Shown here: in pieces, positions 40,986-52,556 of the stretch
Numbering within the stretch: the first letter of the stretch is position 1
Layout: every line of letters starts with the position of its first letter
Source of the DNA: Diadema antillarum
Taxonomy: Eukaryota
DNA length: 64,000 nucleotides
Reading direction: 5' to 3'
Assembly: GCF_040938485.1 (NCBI RefSeq)
Contig: NW_027272035.1
Span: forward strand, 248,001-312,000
The notes under the pieces: generated by a model
What the model was told of the DNA's origin: nothing
Databases searched by the model: none
The model's input: only the letters and a program-made list of their open reading frames with translations
Translations under genes and position numbers: made by a program

Positions 40986-41678
40986 ATAGTCAGGTCGCTT
41001 AATGTCAAAATTCGGGCTTACCGTTACAGAGCGGATAAAAGCACCAAATTTGGAGAGGTGATCCCCTAGGACCTACTCATTGATATTAGAGTAGGGGCCC
41101 TCTGGAATTTTTCGATTTTTAGGGTGAAAATGCTGAATTTTGATATTTCTTTATAATATGATATATATACTGTATTGTTAAGTAATAGTCAGGTCGCTTG
41201 GCGAAATTACCATTACACAGCAGATAAAATCATCAATTTTTTTTTCATACGGATTCCTTTAGGACTATTAAACAATATTAGAGTAGGAGCCCTACTGGAT
41301 TTTTTTTTTTGTAGAAAAACACTAAAAAGATCAAATTTGAAAATGGCCGACACTTAATTGGCAAAACCCTCACTTTTCATGTCATATGGGTGATTCGATC
41401 GATGACAATATATTACATTTGTTTTTGTATTTTTGGTTTGCTTTAGAACCTTGGTTTGAACATTGCGTTAGGAGCATTATATTCTTGTGTAATGTAGAGT
41501 CTCTGCTGGGGGAGGGGTAGGGCAAAAGGGGCGGGACCCCCCCCCCCTTCAAAAAAAAAATGGTTGTTCGCTTGTTCTTTTGCGTGCACTTTTTCCTCGT
41601 TTTGCTCTATACGCGGGGGATAAAAACATAAAATTTGGCGCATGGATTCCTTGAGGACTAGGAACAATATTAGACAAA

Positions 41679-41717
<39 letters not shown>

Positions 41718-42075
41718 AGATCAAATTTCAAAGTGGCCGACACTTATGGCAAACCCCTCACTTTTCATGTGATATTACTTATAGAATGGTTGATACGATG
41801 ACTATATTAGTATATCTTTATATTTGGTTTGGCTTAAAACCTGAATTTGGACATTGCGGTAGGAGCATTGTTTATATTCTTGCGTAATGTAAAGTCTCTG
41901 AAGGGCTGGGGGAGGGGTAGGGCAAAGGGGGCGGCCCTCAACTTAACAAGGGGTGGTTCGCTTGTTCTGTTGCGTATTTTTTAATCGTCTTGCTTCTTTA
42001 TACACGGCGGATAAAAGCATCAGATTTGGCGCACGGATTCCTCATCAGAGTAAGAGTCCTCCTGCAATTTTTAAG

Positions 42076-42123
<48 letters not shown>

Positions 42124-42140
42124 AATCAAATTCCAAAATG
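40986..42140. repeat. Left arm of a large modular inverted repeat
   Basis: Starts ATAGTCAGGTCGCTTA; internal degenerate ~400-bp modules separated by (CA)n; reverse complement of 43879-45012. Confidence 0.8.
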
Positions 42141-42956
42141 GCCAGCACTTAGGGCCTATATGGCAAACTCCCCGCTTTTCATGCCATATGGGTGCGATTA
42201 GAACCTTGATTTGTGCCATTGAGCTGAGTGTGTAACAAAGCTTTCAACAGTTTCTTCACTCCCAAAGCAGAGTTCAACTGGAACAGCAATAATGGCTCGG
42301 AACTGTTCAGCATTGGACAGGAGTGACTTGTAGGCATCTGTCTTGTCACCACTTGCCCTTGAACTCTTCAAGAGACACTTTAAGGGTTGAGCGGTGTCTT
42401 GCTGGCAAATCACGATCTCACTTTATAATAAAAACCATGATGGATCACATTCTGAAAAGCAAAAGTATTGGAATTTAATCCAATTATTGTAACAACTTTG
42501 ATATCCATCACATCATTTCACTTACGGTGGATTGGAGTAATGTTGTCATGCATTTGTTAGAGAAGACATTTCTGGTAAAAATTTATCTCTAAGTATGTAC
42601 TCGTATAATATTGCCTTGGAATGTTACAGCAGAAAGCACATGTACATGATAAAGGTAATCATCTGGGGGAAAGAAGGACATTATACAGTTTGTTGTAAAG
42701 CGACTATATGATAGTTAGTTAGTTCTTTTCCTGCAAAATAAACCTCCCTCAGCATGCAAACGCAACTTTAAACATCTTTAATCCAAATATATATTGGCCA
42801 GCACAACTATATGACAAGAGTGTCTTTCTTTCTGTCCTCATTTGGTACAATTATCGGTAAAATTCCTGGTAAAAGAGAAAGCTCACCAATAATCTCAGAA
42901 GGGAAATTTTCTGGTATACTGAGACACATATCAGTGGCACAAGAAGAAAGTAGTAG

Positions 42957-43149
42957 CAGTAGAATGCACCCCCGTTATAGCAAACGTCGTCGGGACCGGC
43001 AGCTTTTTTTACCCTGTGATATCGACAATTCGATTTATTATAAACAGAACAGTAATGTATAGAAAGATAGATGAGAGTTTTGGGACCTGATTTTTTTACT
43101 TAGTTGTTACGAAAATGCTTACCGCGTTCGTCATAACGGGAGTGCACTG
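42957..43149. mobile_element. Tigger/pogo-type MITE, degenerate
   Basis: Right end CGTCATAACGGGAGTGCACTG|TA and partial left end TGCACCCCCGTTATA. A similar right end lies at ~55880-56040. Confidence 0.45.
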
Positions 43150-43228
43150 TATCCACAAATAAATCTTACTGCACTGAAAAATTATTTCAGTGTGAAATGA
43201 TTCTTAGAGTCTCAGAGCATGGGAGTAG

Positions 43229-43391
43229 CAGGGGTGGATCCAGGAATTCCGTGAGGGGGAGGGGCGCCTTTACAAAATTAATTACGGGGGCGCATGCCCT
43301 CCCCCTCCATTTTTTCTTTTTATTTCTTTGTTTTAACAAAGAATAGAAGGGGCGCGCCCGGTGCGCCTCCATGCACCCATATCCCCAACTG
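43229..43391. mobile_element. MITE, 5-bp TSD family (hAT5-like)
   Basis: AGTAG|CAGGGGTGGATCCAGG ... CCCCAACTG|AGTAG. Confidence 0.78.
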
Positions 43392-43654
43392 AGTAGGAAA
43401 ACTGTTTATTTTAGAAACTATCTTCTGGCTGTCTAAACTGTATACATTATACAGTTGTATTTGATTAGTATACAATATGCGTATATAATATTTGATCAGA
43501 ATTCTGCCAGCTCCATGTTTCAGATGCTTTGATGTTAATCATGGTCTCAAGTTTGAGTATGTTTTCAGTTCCATGACAAATACATCAATTCACAACAGAT
43601 CTGAACTTAGGAATATATGACCACATTCCCTTACTTACACAATGCAGTATATAT

Positions 43655-43834
43655 ATCATAATTATTATAAAGAAATATCAAAATTCAGCATTTTCACCCT
43701 AAAAATCGAAAAATTCCAAAGGGCTCCTATTCCAATATGAATGAGTAGGTCCTAGGGGATCACCTCTCCAAATTTGGTGCTTTTATCCGCTCTAACGGTA
43801 AGCCCAAATGTTGACAATAAGCGACCTGACTAAG
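43655..43834. repeat. Extra short module of the inverted-repeat family
   Basis: Reverse complement of 40986-41160; ends TAAGCGACCTGACTAA. Confidence 0.75.
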
Positions 43835-43878
43835 AGAATGTGATAACATATAAGTTCAGATCTGTTGTGAATTGATTT

Positions 43879-44275
43879 ATTTTGGAATTTCAATTCGCGC
43901 GCGCGCGCGCGTGTGTGTGTGTGTTTAAAAATTGCAGGAGGACTCTTACTCTAATGAGGAATCCGTGCGCCAAATTTGATGTTTTTTTTCCGCCGTGTTT
44001 AAAACAAGACGGAAAAATACGCAACAGAACAAGCGAACCACCACTTTTTAAGTTGAGGGCCGCCCCCTTTGCCCTACCCCTCCCCCAGCCCTTCAGAGAC
44101 TTTACATTACGCAAGAATATAAACAATGCTCCTACGGCAATGTCCAAATTCAGGTTTTAAGCCAAACCAAAATTAAAGATATATACTAATATTGTCATCG
44201 TATCAATCATTCTATAAGTAATATCACATGAAAAGTGAGGGGTTTGCCATAAGTGTCGGTCATTTTGAAATTTGA

Positions 44276-44317
<42 letters not shown>

Positions 44318-45012
44318 TGTGTGGTTAGTCTAATATTGTTTCCTAGTCCTCAAGGAATCCGTGTGCCAAATTTTATGTTTTTATCCCCCGCGTATAGAGC
44401 AAAACGAGAAAAAAAAAGCACGCAAAAGAACAAGCGAACAACCATTTTTTAAGAAGGGGGGGGGGGGTCCCCCTTTTGCCCTTATACCTCTCCCCCAGTA
44501 TAGTTCAGAGACTTTACATTACGCAAGAATTAATTCTCCTAACACAATGTTCAAGCCAAGGTTCTAAACAAACCATAGATACAAAAACACACGTAATAAT
44601 TGTCATCGTATCACCCATATGACATGAAAAGTGAGGGTTTTGCCAATTAAGTGTCGGCCATTTTGAAATTTGATCTTTTAGTGTTTTTCTACAAAAAATC
44701 CCGGAGGGCTCCTACTGTAATATTGTTTAATAGTCCTAAAAGAATCCGTGTGAAAAAAAAATGATGCTTTTATCCGCCGTGTAATAGTAATTTCGCTAAG
44801 CGACCTATTACTTACGCAATCCAGTATAGGCCTATATATATATATATCATATCATAAAGATATATCAAAATTCAGCATTTTCACCCTAAAAATCGAAAAC
44901 TTCCAGAGGGATCCTATTCTAACTTTATTCAATAGTCCTAAAGGAATCCGTATGCCAAATTTGATGCTTTTATCCGCTGTGTAACGGTAATTTCACTAAG
45001 CGACCTGACTAT
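43879..45012. repeat. Right arm of the large modular inverted repeat
   Basis: Same modules in reverse order and orientation with (TG)n tracts; ends TAAGCGACCTGACTAT. Confidence 0.8.
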
Positions 45013-45087
45013 GAAGCCCGCATGAATATTAGAGCTTTTCTGACTGCCAAATGCATTTTCGGAAATTTGGAAGATTCATCATTCATT

Positions 45088-45184
45088 CAATCAATCAATC
45101 TATCAATCAATCAATCAATCAATCAATCGAATCAATCAAACAATCAATCTATCAATTAGTAAATCAATCAGTCAATCAATCAAT
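45088..45184. repeat. (AATC)n microsatellite
   Basis: Direct reading. Confidence 0.9.
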
Positions 45185-45589
45185 AAAGTATCCAGTTTTA
45201 AGAAGACATCTGTTTCAACAAGTAATTACTTTATTAAGGAGACACTCGACCTTAAGGAGACAATTTGCGTGATAATATGAACTTCTGAAACTCTGTACCC
45301 GGTATAACCAATTCATATTTGTTCAAATACAAAAGTCTGAAAATCATCCGGGGCTCTCTTTTAGTAGCACCTCAAACACTGTCTTAATAATCTTCTTTAT
45401 TTGGATACGATGGCATGCATTTAACAAGACACTGTTGCAGCCACGAAGATGATAAATCAAGTAGGTTACTCCAAGAAATCTAACAAACGTTTGAACAGAA
45501 CCACCGAGTAAAGTCCGTATGTATCAAACAGCCTTTACCTGTTTTTTTTTTTAATCCCTATATACTCTGCATGGGTTCCAGCGACTTCT

Positions 45590-46135
45590 TGTAACAATGG
45601 GTTAAAATATACAGGGACGTAGAAACGACTTTAAACACGAATGCATGCATAGAAAATAGCAATGGGTAATCACTTGCAGGTATAGAAACAATCTTTAACA
45701 TGAACAAGATGAATGGCTGGTTATGGTAAAAGCAATGGAATGCATGGGTGAAATACAAGCACGCAGAAATCACTTTAAACACAGCTGCCTTCTATAGATT
45801 ATGGTGTGTAATAGCAATGGGTTATTACGTGAACATAGGACCCATCTTAATGGCTACTTATCTTGCTTATGGTATGGGTAATGGCTTGAACGTAGAAATC
45901 ATCTTACACACAAATGGCTTCTTATGGCAGTAGCAATGGGTAATTACACAGACGTGGAGACCATCTTCACGAATGTAGAGATCACCGTACACACATTAAA
46001 CGGCTAGATGGTTAAAGCAATGCGTAATTACATGAATGTATAAAACAGTTTCATGAACGTAGAAACCATCTTTAATACAAATAGATTGATTGGTAATTGC
46101 ATGGACGTTGAAACCATCCTTTACACAAAAGGCTA
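45590..46135. repeat. Degenerate tandem array, ~8 units of 60-80 bp
   Basis: Recurring AGCAATGGGTAATT...GAACGTAGAAACCATCTTT blocks. Confidence 0.6.
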
Positions 46136-46271
46136 GTTGTCTTTTTTTTTATAGATACGGTGAAGAAGTTATTCATTAACTTCCTTAATGTTTAAATGAA
46201 AATGAATTACTAGTAGTGTTGCTGTGTATTTAACTCCAGATCATAATTGCTTGTTTGTAAAGCGCATACTG

Positions 46272-46437
46272 GGCCCTGTTGCATAAAACCCTTACCGCTG
46301 GACTTACCGCTCCTTTCCAGCGGTAAGTCTTTAAATTAGCGGTAAAATTTATAATCCTTGATGCTGATTGGCTGTGACGCCTAATTTTGACGGTAGTTAC
46401 CATTGAAATTCAACGGTAAGTTTTATGCAACAGGCCC
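46272..46437. mobile_element. PIF/Harbinger-type MITE (CTG target)
   Basis: CTG|GGCCCTGTTGCATAAAAC ... GTTTTATGCAACAGGCCC|CTG. Confidence 0.75.
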
Positions 46438-46585
46438 CTGGTAAATAAGACTGATTGATGATTAGTATGCGCCATAAAGTCACTATTGTTCTTGTTATCA
46501 TGGAAGATTACAGTTCCACGAGAGGCAGGTGTATTGTTTATACATAAATTTCCATGATAACGACACTGCGAAAATCATCCCAACT

Positions 46586-48049
46586 TTATTCAAGTCGGGT
46601 CCAGGTAAATGTCTGTCCCAGCAATCTCTCTAGTTCAGCGTTATACGGACGATAGTAATCTCTTAGTTTCATTATGACGTCATCGTCAACTTCCGGATGG
46701 GGTATTCCCTTGAACTTTGAAGCGCAGCGTTTGACTGGTTTGGCTTTGCAGAAAAATCCTTTCTTGTCATCGAAGTACACGCTCTCCTCATCGAAGAATT
46801 TTGGAAGTCCAAGAAATTCCTCGATCTGTGATGATGCGAAATTGTAATGGAGATGTTGGCATTAACTCACATACCACTGTATTTACATGATTTATTGCAA
46901 TAACTTACAAGACAAAAATGGGTTCCATTGGCAGGCAAATCTGCAAGGGTACATGCTTGGATGTCAATAAAGTATCTTGGCTAGTGCTGACAATGTAGAT
47001 TACTAGAATTCAGGGAAAGGAGGGTGAATGGGATCAAGTGCTGAATCAAACTGGAACACTGACTTCATTAGAATGTAAAGTGTGACGTGTTAGTTTCTGT
47101 CCAAATTTGTATATCACAATGTTGATAAAAGGGTGTTTTAATAACAACTAAATGTTAAAAGTTAACTACTCACCTTCTGCAATGTTGGCAGTGGGTTTTT
47201 GATAAAGGCGTCTCCATCAATCACGAGAAAATGTTTCCTAGGAAACACCGTTAGCCACTCCCTCAGGTAGATGACGTAGGCTCCATTTACCAGGATGGCG
47301 TTATCACTGTTGACCTCGCCGTTTGGCCATACGACCGAACCCTCGAACGTGGTGTTCAGGTAGCAGAAGGGCTCTTTGCCTGGTGCCGCTACGCGTGGCT
47401 TGAAGAACTCGGGCCAACCGATGCCTTGCAGATGCAGGTAGTCGGACACTGCCCTGACAACCGGGTCTCTAATGATGACGATGAACTTGGTGTCTGGCAT
47501 GACAGCTTTTATCCTGGTTGGTATGGTGAGATCGAAGATGTAGGAAGGTGTCTTCTCCATGGTGATTTCGTGTCTAAACGAAAACGGCATCTTGTCCCTA
47601 TACCAGTCCAGACTTTCATTCTTGTGTTTGTTCCAGTAAAATACCTCCTGGGGCTTTGAGTGGACTAGGAAGGGGTGATCTTCGAGAAAGAAGGAGAGGG
47701 CACTTGTTCCACATTTTTTCACCCCAATTCCTATCACTTTCGGCAATCGCCTCTTGAATTCCAGATCGACCGCGACCATGTCATCTTTCCCTTCTTGGAT
47801 GCATGTTTCGCATTTGCTGAGCACTGACCGATTGCCTCCTGGGTAGACGTCGATACCACTGTATGCAGGAGTCTCTCGCTCTGCACCCACCGTCTGGAAC
47901 CGCCGCCTTACGGGTTGTATCCTTTCAAGCACAGGTTGGAAGGTCTGTTTTAGATACAGTGGTGGGGACAGGTTGAGGGTGACGATGACCACCGTTACAC
48001 AGAGGATCACTCCCGTGAGGTACACCTTAGCGTTTCCGGAGATTTGCAT
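46586..48049 (-). CDS. HS3ST-fold type II membrane sulfotransferase, paralog 2 (371 aa)
   Basis: Coding exons 48049-47174 (donor GTGAGT) and 46825-46586, with the same intron position as paralog 1. Motifs IGVKKCGT, EVFYWN, EKTP, IRDPVVRAVSDY, KGFFC...KGIPHP. The ORF-track start at 48082 is TTG; the first ATG is 48049. Confidence 0.92.
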
Positions 48050-49660
48050 GGTGATATACTGGTGCACTATGTGATTATTCAAATCAGTTCCCTACTTCTC
48101 CGATCTACAGGTTCCACTGGACACTGCTGAGGCGTTTTCCTATTAAAAACATGATAGGCATTATAGTTCATTCAAAACATATCCAACACATATGAAATAT
48201 TCTGCGAAATGAAGTTAGGATGTTTTATAATGTTTGAATTGAACAACCTAATGTAAAGACGGAAATAATGCATCCTGTGTAGACGAAGACAAAGTAAAAA
48301 ATAAGAAAATAAACATGGAGGAAAAACAAAACAAACGGGAGGAGGGATGTACTAGCAATTAAAAGAAAAAAATGTTCTCGCTGAATGCCCAGTAAATGCC
48401 TGAATGATTGAAAGGAACGTGCTCTCCCAGAGCATACTAAATAGGGGCAAAGTATTTCTAATGACTATCTTTGTTAAGAGATCATTTTGTATCTTTGGCA
48501 CTTAACAGATAACGTTTCGTTGTTTCGAGATCAATAACGTGTCAGTTAGTTCCAGATGAAATTGCACAGTATGACGATGAGAACATCCTAACTCCTTCTC
48601 TAACATGTCTAATATTGAGTAAAATGTGCACAAATATCACACACAAACATAATTATGGGCAGGTAATCAATGGGCCACGCAGAGAATTAAATAAATGTGG
48701 TTATAATCATTATCGCCATAATCAATTGATGTCAGTATCACTGCGTTATCAATTTTGAAAGATACCCAATGATTATCATTTATCAGGAATAAGGGATGAT
48801 GCATGTAAACTGAAAAAGACTTATTATTATGAAACATTACAACAGGACATGAACGAATCATGCCTTTGATATTTACCCTCTGTACTTCTATCACAATGTT
48901 GAATCAACTAAAAAAAAAATATGCTGCAAATGTTCTTACGGTCTCACTTGACAGATGTCGATACTTCGAACAACACCATTACGTCTTACACGTCATGCTG
49001 GCTTAAGTATTCCTCCAGCGACACAATTTTGCGACTACAGACGTTAACTACAAGAGGTAACAATGTGCTCGAGAACGGCAGCTCCATGTCAATGAATTCG
49101 GGTCTTCGAGGCAAAGTGTGAGTCTTTTGTTGAGAAAAAAAAAGCGGAACACGTTTTTGTGTTGGGGAAAGATGAACTGTTAAGATGTTTCAGAGTTGCG
49201 CATATTGTTATTCAGCAGCCTCTATGGATCCACACAGGTTAACAACGGAGCGAGTTCGACACATCGCCCTTTCATCATTCTATTCAGCGAGTATGCATCG
49301 CTTTGAGGACTCCACGCTTGGCCCCGCCCCCATTTTAAAGCTGACAAAGTGGGCTGGTTGAAAACAAATTCTTTCTTGAACATGAATTCAGTGGGACACA
49401 TTTATACACTCAGGGAACAGGTCTGTTGATTTTACGTTTTTGATGACCTCCAGGACTAACTGTACTCAGTGATTTTTCACTTGGTGCCAACTCATTTTCA
49501 TGGAACCAAAAACGGATCGAAAAAAATAAAGCACATTTTTCACCCTAGAAAACCTATTTTGAATGTCAGTTTGTTCGCTAACCTAATGTGTATCTCCTCA
49601 TTGCTTTAGAAGGCTATTTTATTTTCTTGTGGGATATTTGCCTTTCATGTATAGTCATTA

Positions 49661-49664
<4 letters not shown>

Positions 49665-49712
<48 letters not shown>
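49665..49712. repeat. (TA)n microsatellite
   Basis: Direct reading. Other simple repeats: poly(C)+poly(A) 18161-18207, (GT)n ~21027-21049, (TA)n ~56669-56711, (ATTAC)n ~58586-58629. Confidence 0.95.
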
Positions 49713-49717
<5 letters not shown>

Positions 49718-52556
49718 TTGGTGATTCTATCCTTCTATGAAGGGTGCTCGATATCCTCAAAGGAAGAGCTTTAGACAGAAGAATTGGAACAAGTTCACGC
49801 GGTTGACTGCAGGTTCATCCGTATTTATTGCAACTCTGAGTTTCATGCAAACTCCATGAGATATATAATGAGCAACTTGCTTCCTTGGTGTTATTTAGTT
49901 ATTTTGTCCACGAGGAGACTGCAAAATACAAGCTTGGCTTTTCAGCACGTCTCCTCCATTTCCCACAACTTTAATCTTAATTCAATTTCATCTGCTTATG
50001 TGAATATGTGATACATAAATTTGTTAACTTCACGCATTTCCTTTGCTACTACATTGTATTGGTATTGTGTTATTTTGTGTATGTAGACGTTTTGCATTGT
50101 TGGAAATGAAATCAATGAAATGAAAATGAAAATATGAAACTACTTCGGATCTAATTTTAGTGAAACTTTCAATTCGGCTCTATTGACATTTTTTAGAATT
50201 TTCAGTGGTACAGTTGTTTAAAATCATGTGTTGGGTTCACTGACAAATAATACAGTCTGTCTGTTTTGCTCTCGTCTTTCTAAGCTGGAAACTTCTTTAA
50301 TGATGGATTGCTCAAAATTTGGTACTAGGTCACAACTTATTGTGACATGCCTCATGTTACCATCGATATAATGATAAGTGTATATTTGCGCTGATTAATT
50401 TGTCCGTTACATGTATTGTAGTTTCGTAAGCTTTGTCGGTATACATGTATTATAGTTTTGTAAGCTTTGTACAATGTATTGTAGAAATGTAACGTAAATA
50501 AATAAGTGAGGGGACTGCACTATACAAGTTCGCTTTTAGCAACCCCTCAATTTTCATTTCCATCAAGTCCTAAATGAAACAAGACGTATTTCTACTGATC
50601 ATGTGACATATGTTGCAAGTATATACCATCATTTTGACGTTTGTATTACCCATGTACAATATATCGTTTGGAAATGAAGACAGAACATGAATGAATGAAT
50701 GAATGAATTGTGCTTTACCAACTTGCGGAGAGAGTACTGTTGTCTTCGTGTCTGTACGAGCTTCTTGGATGTGTGCCTGATTATAGCTCCATCTCTTTTG
50801 GATAAGCTCCAACTTTTGCTCATTGTCCCAGGGCAAGGTTTCCCAGCGAACACAGTAGAACAAATTCTTTTGCGGTTGTAGATCTCAACGCCGAGTGTTT
50901 GAATAAGGCTTCATCTTCAAACCAAGCTACCAGCTTAGGCCTGTGTATGCGTAGTTTGGTAAATAAAGCGAATGCAATAACCCAGTTCAGCCTGTATGCA
51001 TGAGAGATGCAGGAGTTGTTTCCAACAGATTGCCACATGGAGCCAAACTCCTTAGCAACTTTTTCATCCTCCAAGGATTTTCTTAAAACTACAAAGACTT
51101 GTCACTAATTTCTTTTTCCTTCATTGGAGCAGAGTAGCAACGAGGTTGGAGTGATAGTGGAAGCATTTTGAAGAACTACTGCTCGTGTGACGAATCATTC
51201 ATGGTGGTATCGCGTGCTGCTTCGGTGGAATGCGTTCGATGCAGTTGTAAGACTTTCCATGGATACTTCGAGTCACTGTCTATCACTGTACACAGGCCCA
51301 TGTTTAACAAGGCGGATTTGTAGTAAGGACACATTTCTTATCTCGTGTTGTGTTGGAGCAGTTCTAAAATTGTGCTCAAAACATTATGGGGAGGGGTCGT
51401 GGTAAAAACTACAGTATCTTGAAATAGCTGGATGCTTTCCTGACAGCTCCTGTGTTTTACTGTACAATTGAGTTTTATATTCGAGATGTTTTTGTCAAGT
51501 CTAAGGAAAAGATGTTACTGGAAGGCTATTAAACCCACTCTGTGCCACATTGATTACTTGTCCATATGTACATTATGAGTCTGAAATTTGTGCTCATTTG
51601 GCAAAGAATGAGTTAACTCTTAACAAATCTCTTGAACGAGAAGTGTTGATTGAATAATTATTATGTGGAGAAATATCAGAATCTGATTTGTCTTCTGTTA
51701 GTTACTCAACGGACGGTTCTATATATCGTATTTGCATGTTTCCTAACATGAATGCATGATCAGATTCGTGCATGTTAAGAAAGATCGTTTATTGATGATT
51801 TGCAGTAAATCATGATTATTTGCCGTCAGGACAATCAACCCATCTGAACTATCGAGTAATGGACATGGTAATGGAGCTCCTTCGTCAGTTCTTGACAGAA
51901 TCAATTAAATACAGTAGTCCTTATCCAACACTCTGCCGTGGTGTACCAAATCAACTAATACCCAAACCAAAGTGTTTATCAGACCTGGAGAAAAGAAGTT
52001 AGTGCTTTACAGGCATGACAGGTAACGATTATCTTATTTTCTGGCTCCAATTCTTGATAATTTTGTTCCATTGATGTCATGCAAGGAAGGGTTGGAAGAT
52101 CACATCTATCTGATTATTTTCTTTTACTTGTCCACAAGGGTGAAAGATTTACATTCCTAATAAAACTACACCTGTACAAAAAAAAAACAGTCAAAGAAAA
52201 TAGTCATTATTTGGAATATCACGTCCTCAATGCTACTGTTCATTGGGGAACATGTTATTTCCATCTTAATAAATGTCGTAATTTATCAAGCGAAAATGAG
52301 TGTTTTAAGCAAAGAGTCACACAGAAACAAAGTGGTCTGTGATCTCCTCCACACACTGGTCCTAGAAATACTAGGTGAAAACTTAGTAGTAGTCACATCT
52401 CCCGATCTTCTACTGTTATGAAGCTTGGTAAAACAATATCAATTTGTTTGCATGTTTGTTTGTTACTTTGTTTCAGGCCAACGTGCGTCAAGTATTACCC
52501 GTATGCTTGCTTTTATAGGATCATAGGAAATCTAGAAGAATTCAAGACAGGTCGTG

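Noticed and set aside
41443-44567. ORFs with CVCVCV / THTHTH runs
   Set aside because: These are translations of (CA)n/(TG)n microsatellites inside the inverted repeat.
45590-46135. CRISPR-like repeat/spacer array
   Set aside because: The units are degenerate along their whole length with no constant repeat plus unique spacer, the context is eukaryotic, and there are no cas genes.
50570-51405. Minus-strand ORF pieces with weak hAT-like words (SHAYRLNWV, VRWET)
   Set aside because: No DDE residues, TIRs or continuous frame could be recognised. It may be a very old relic, but it is unsupported without an HMM search.
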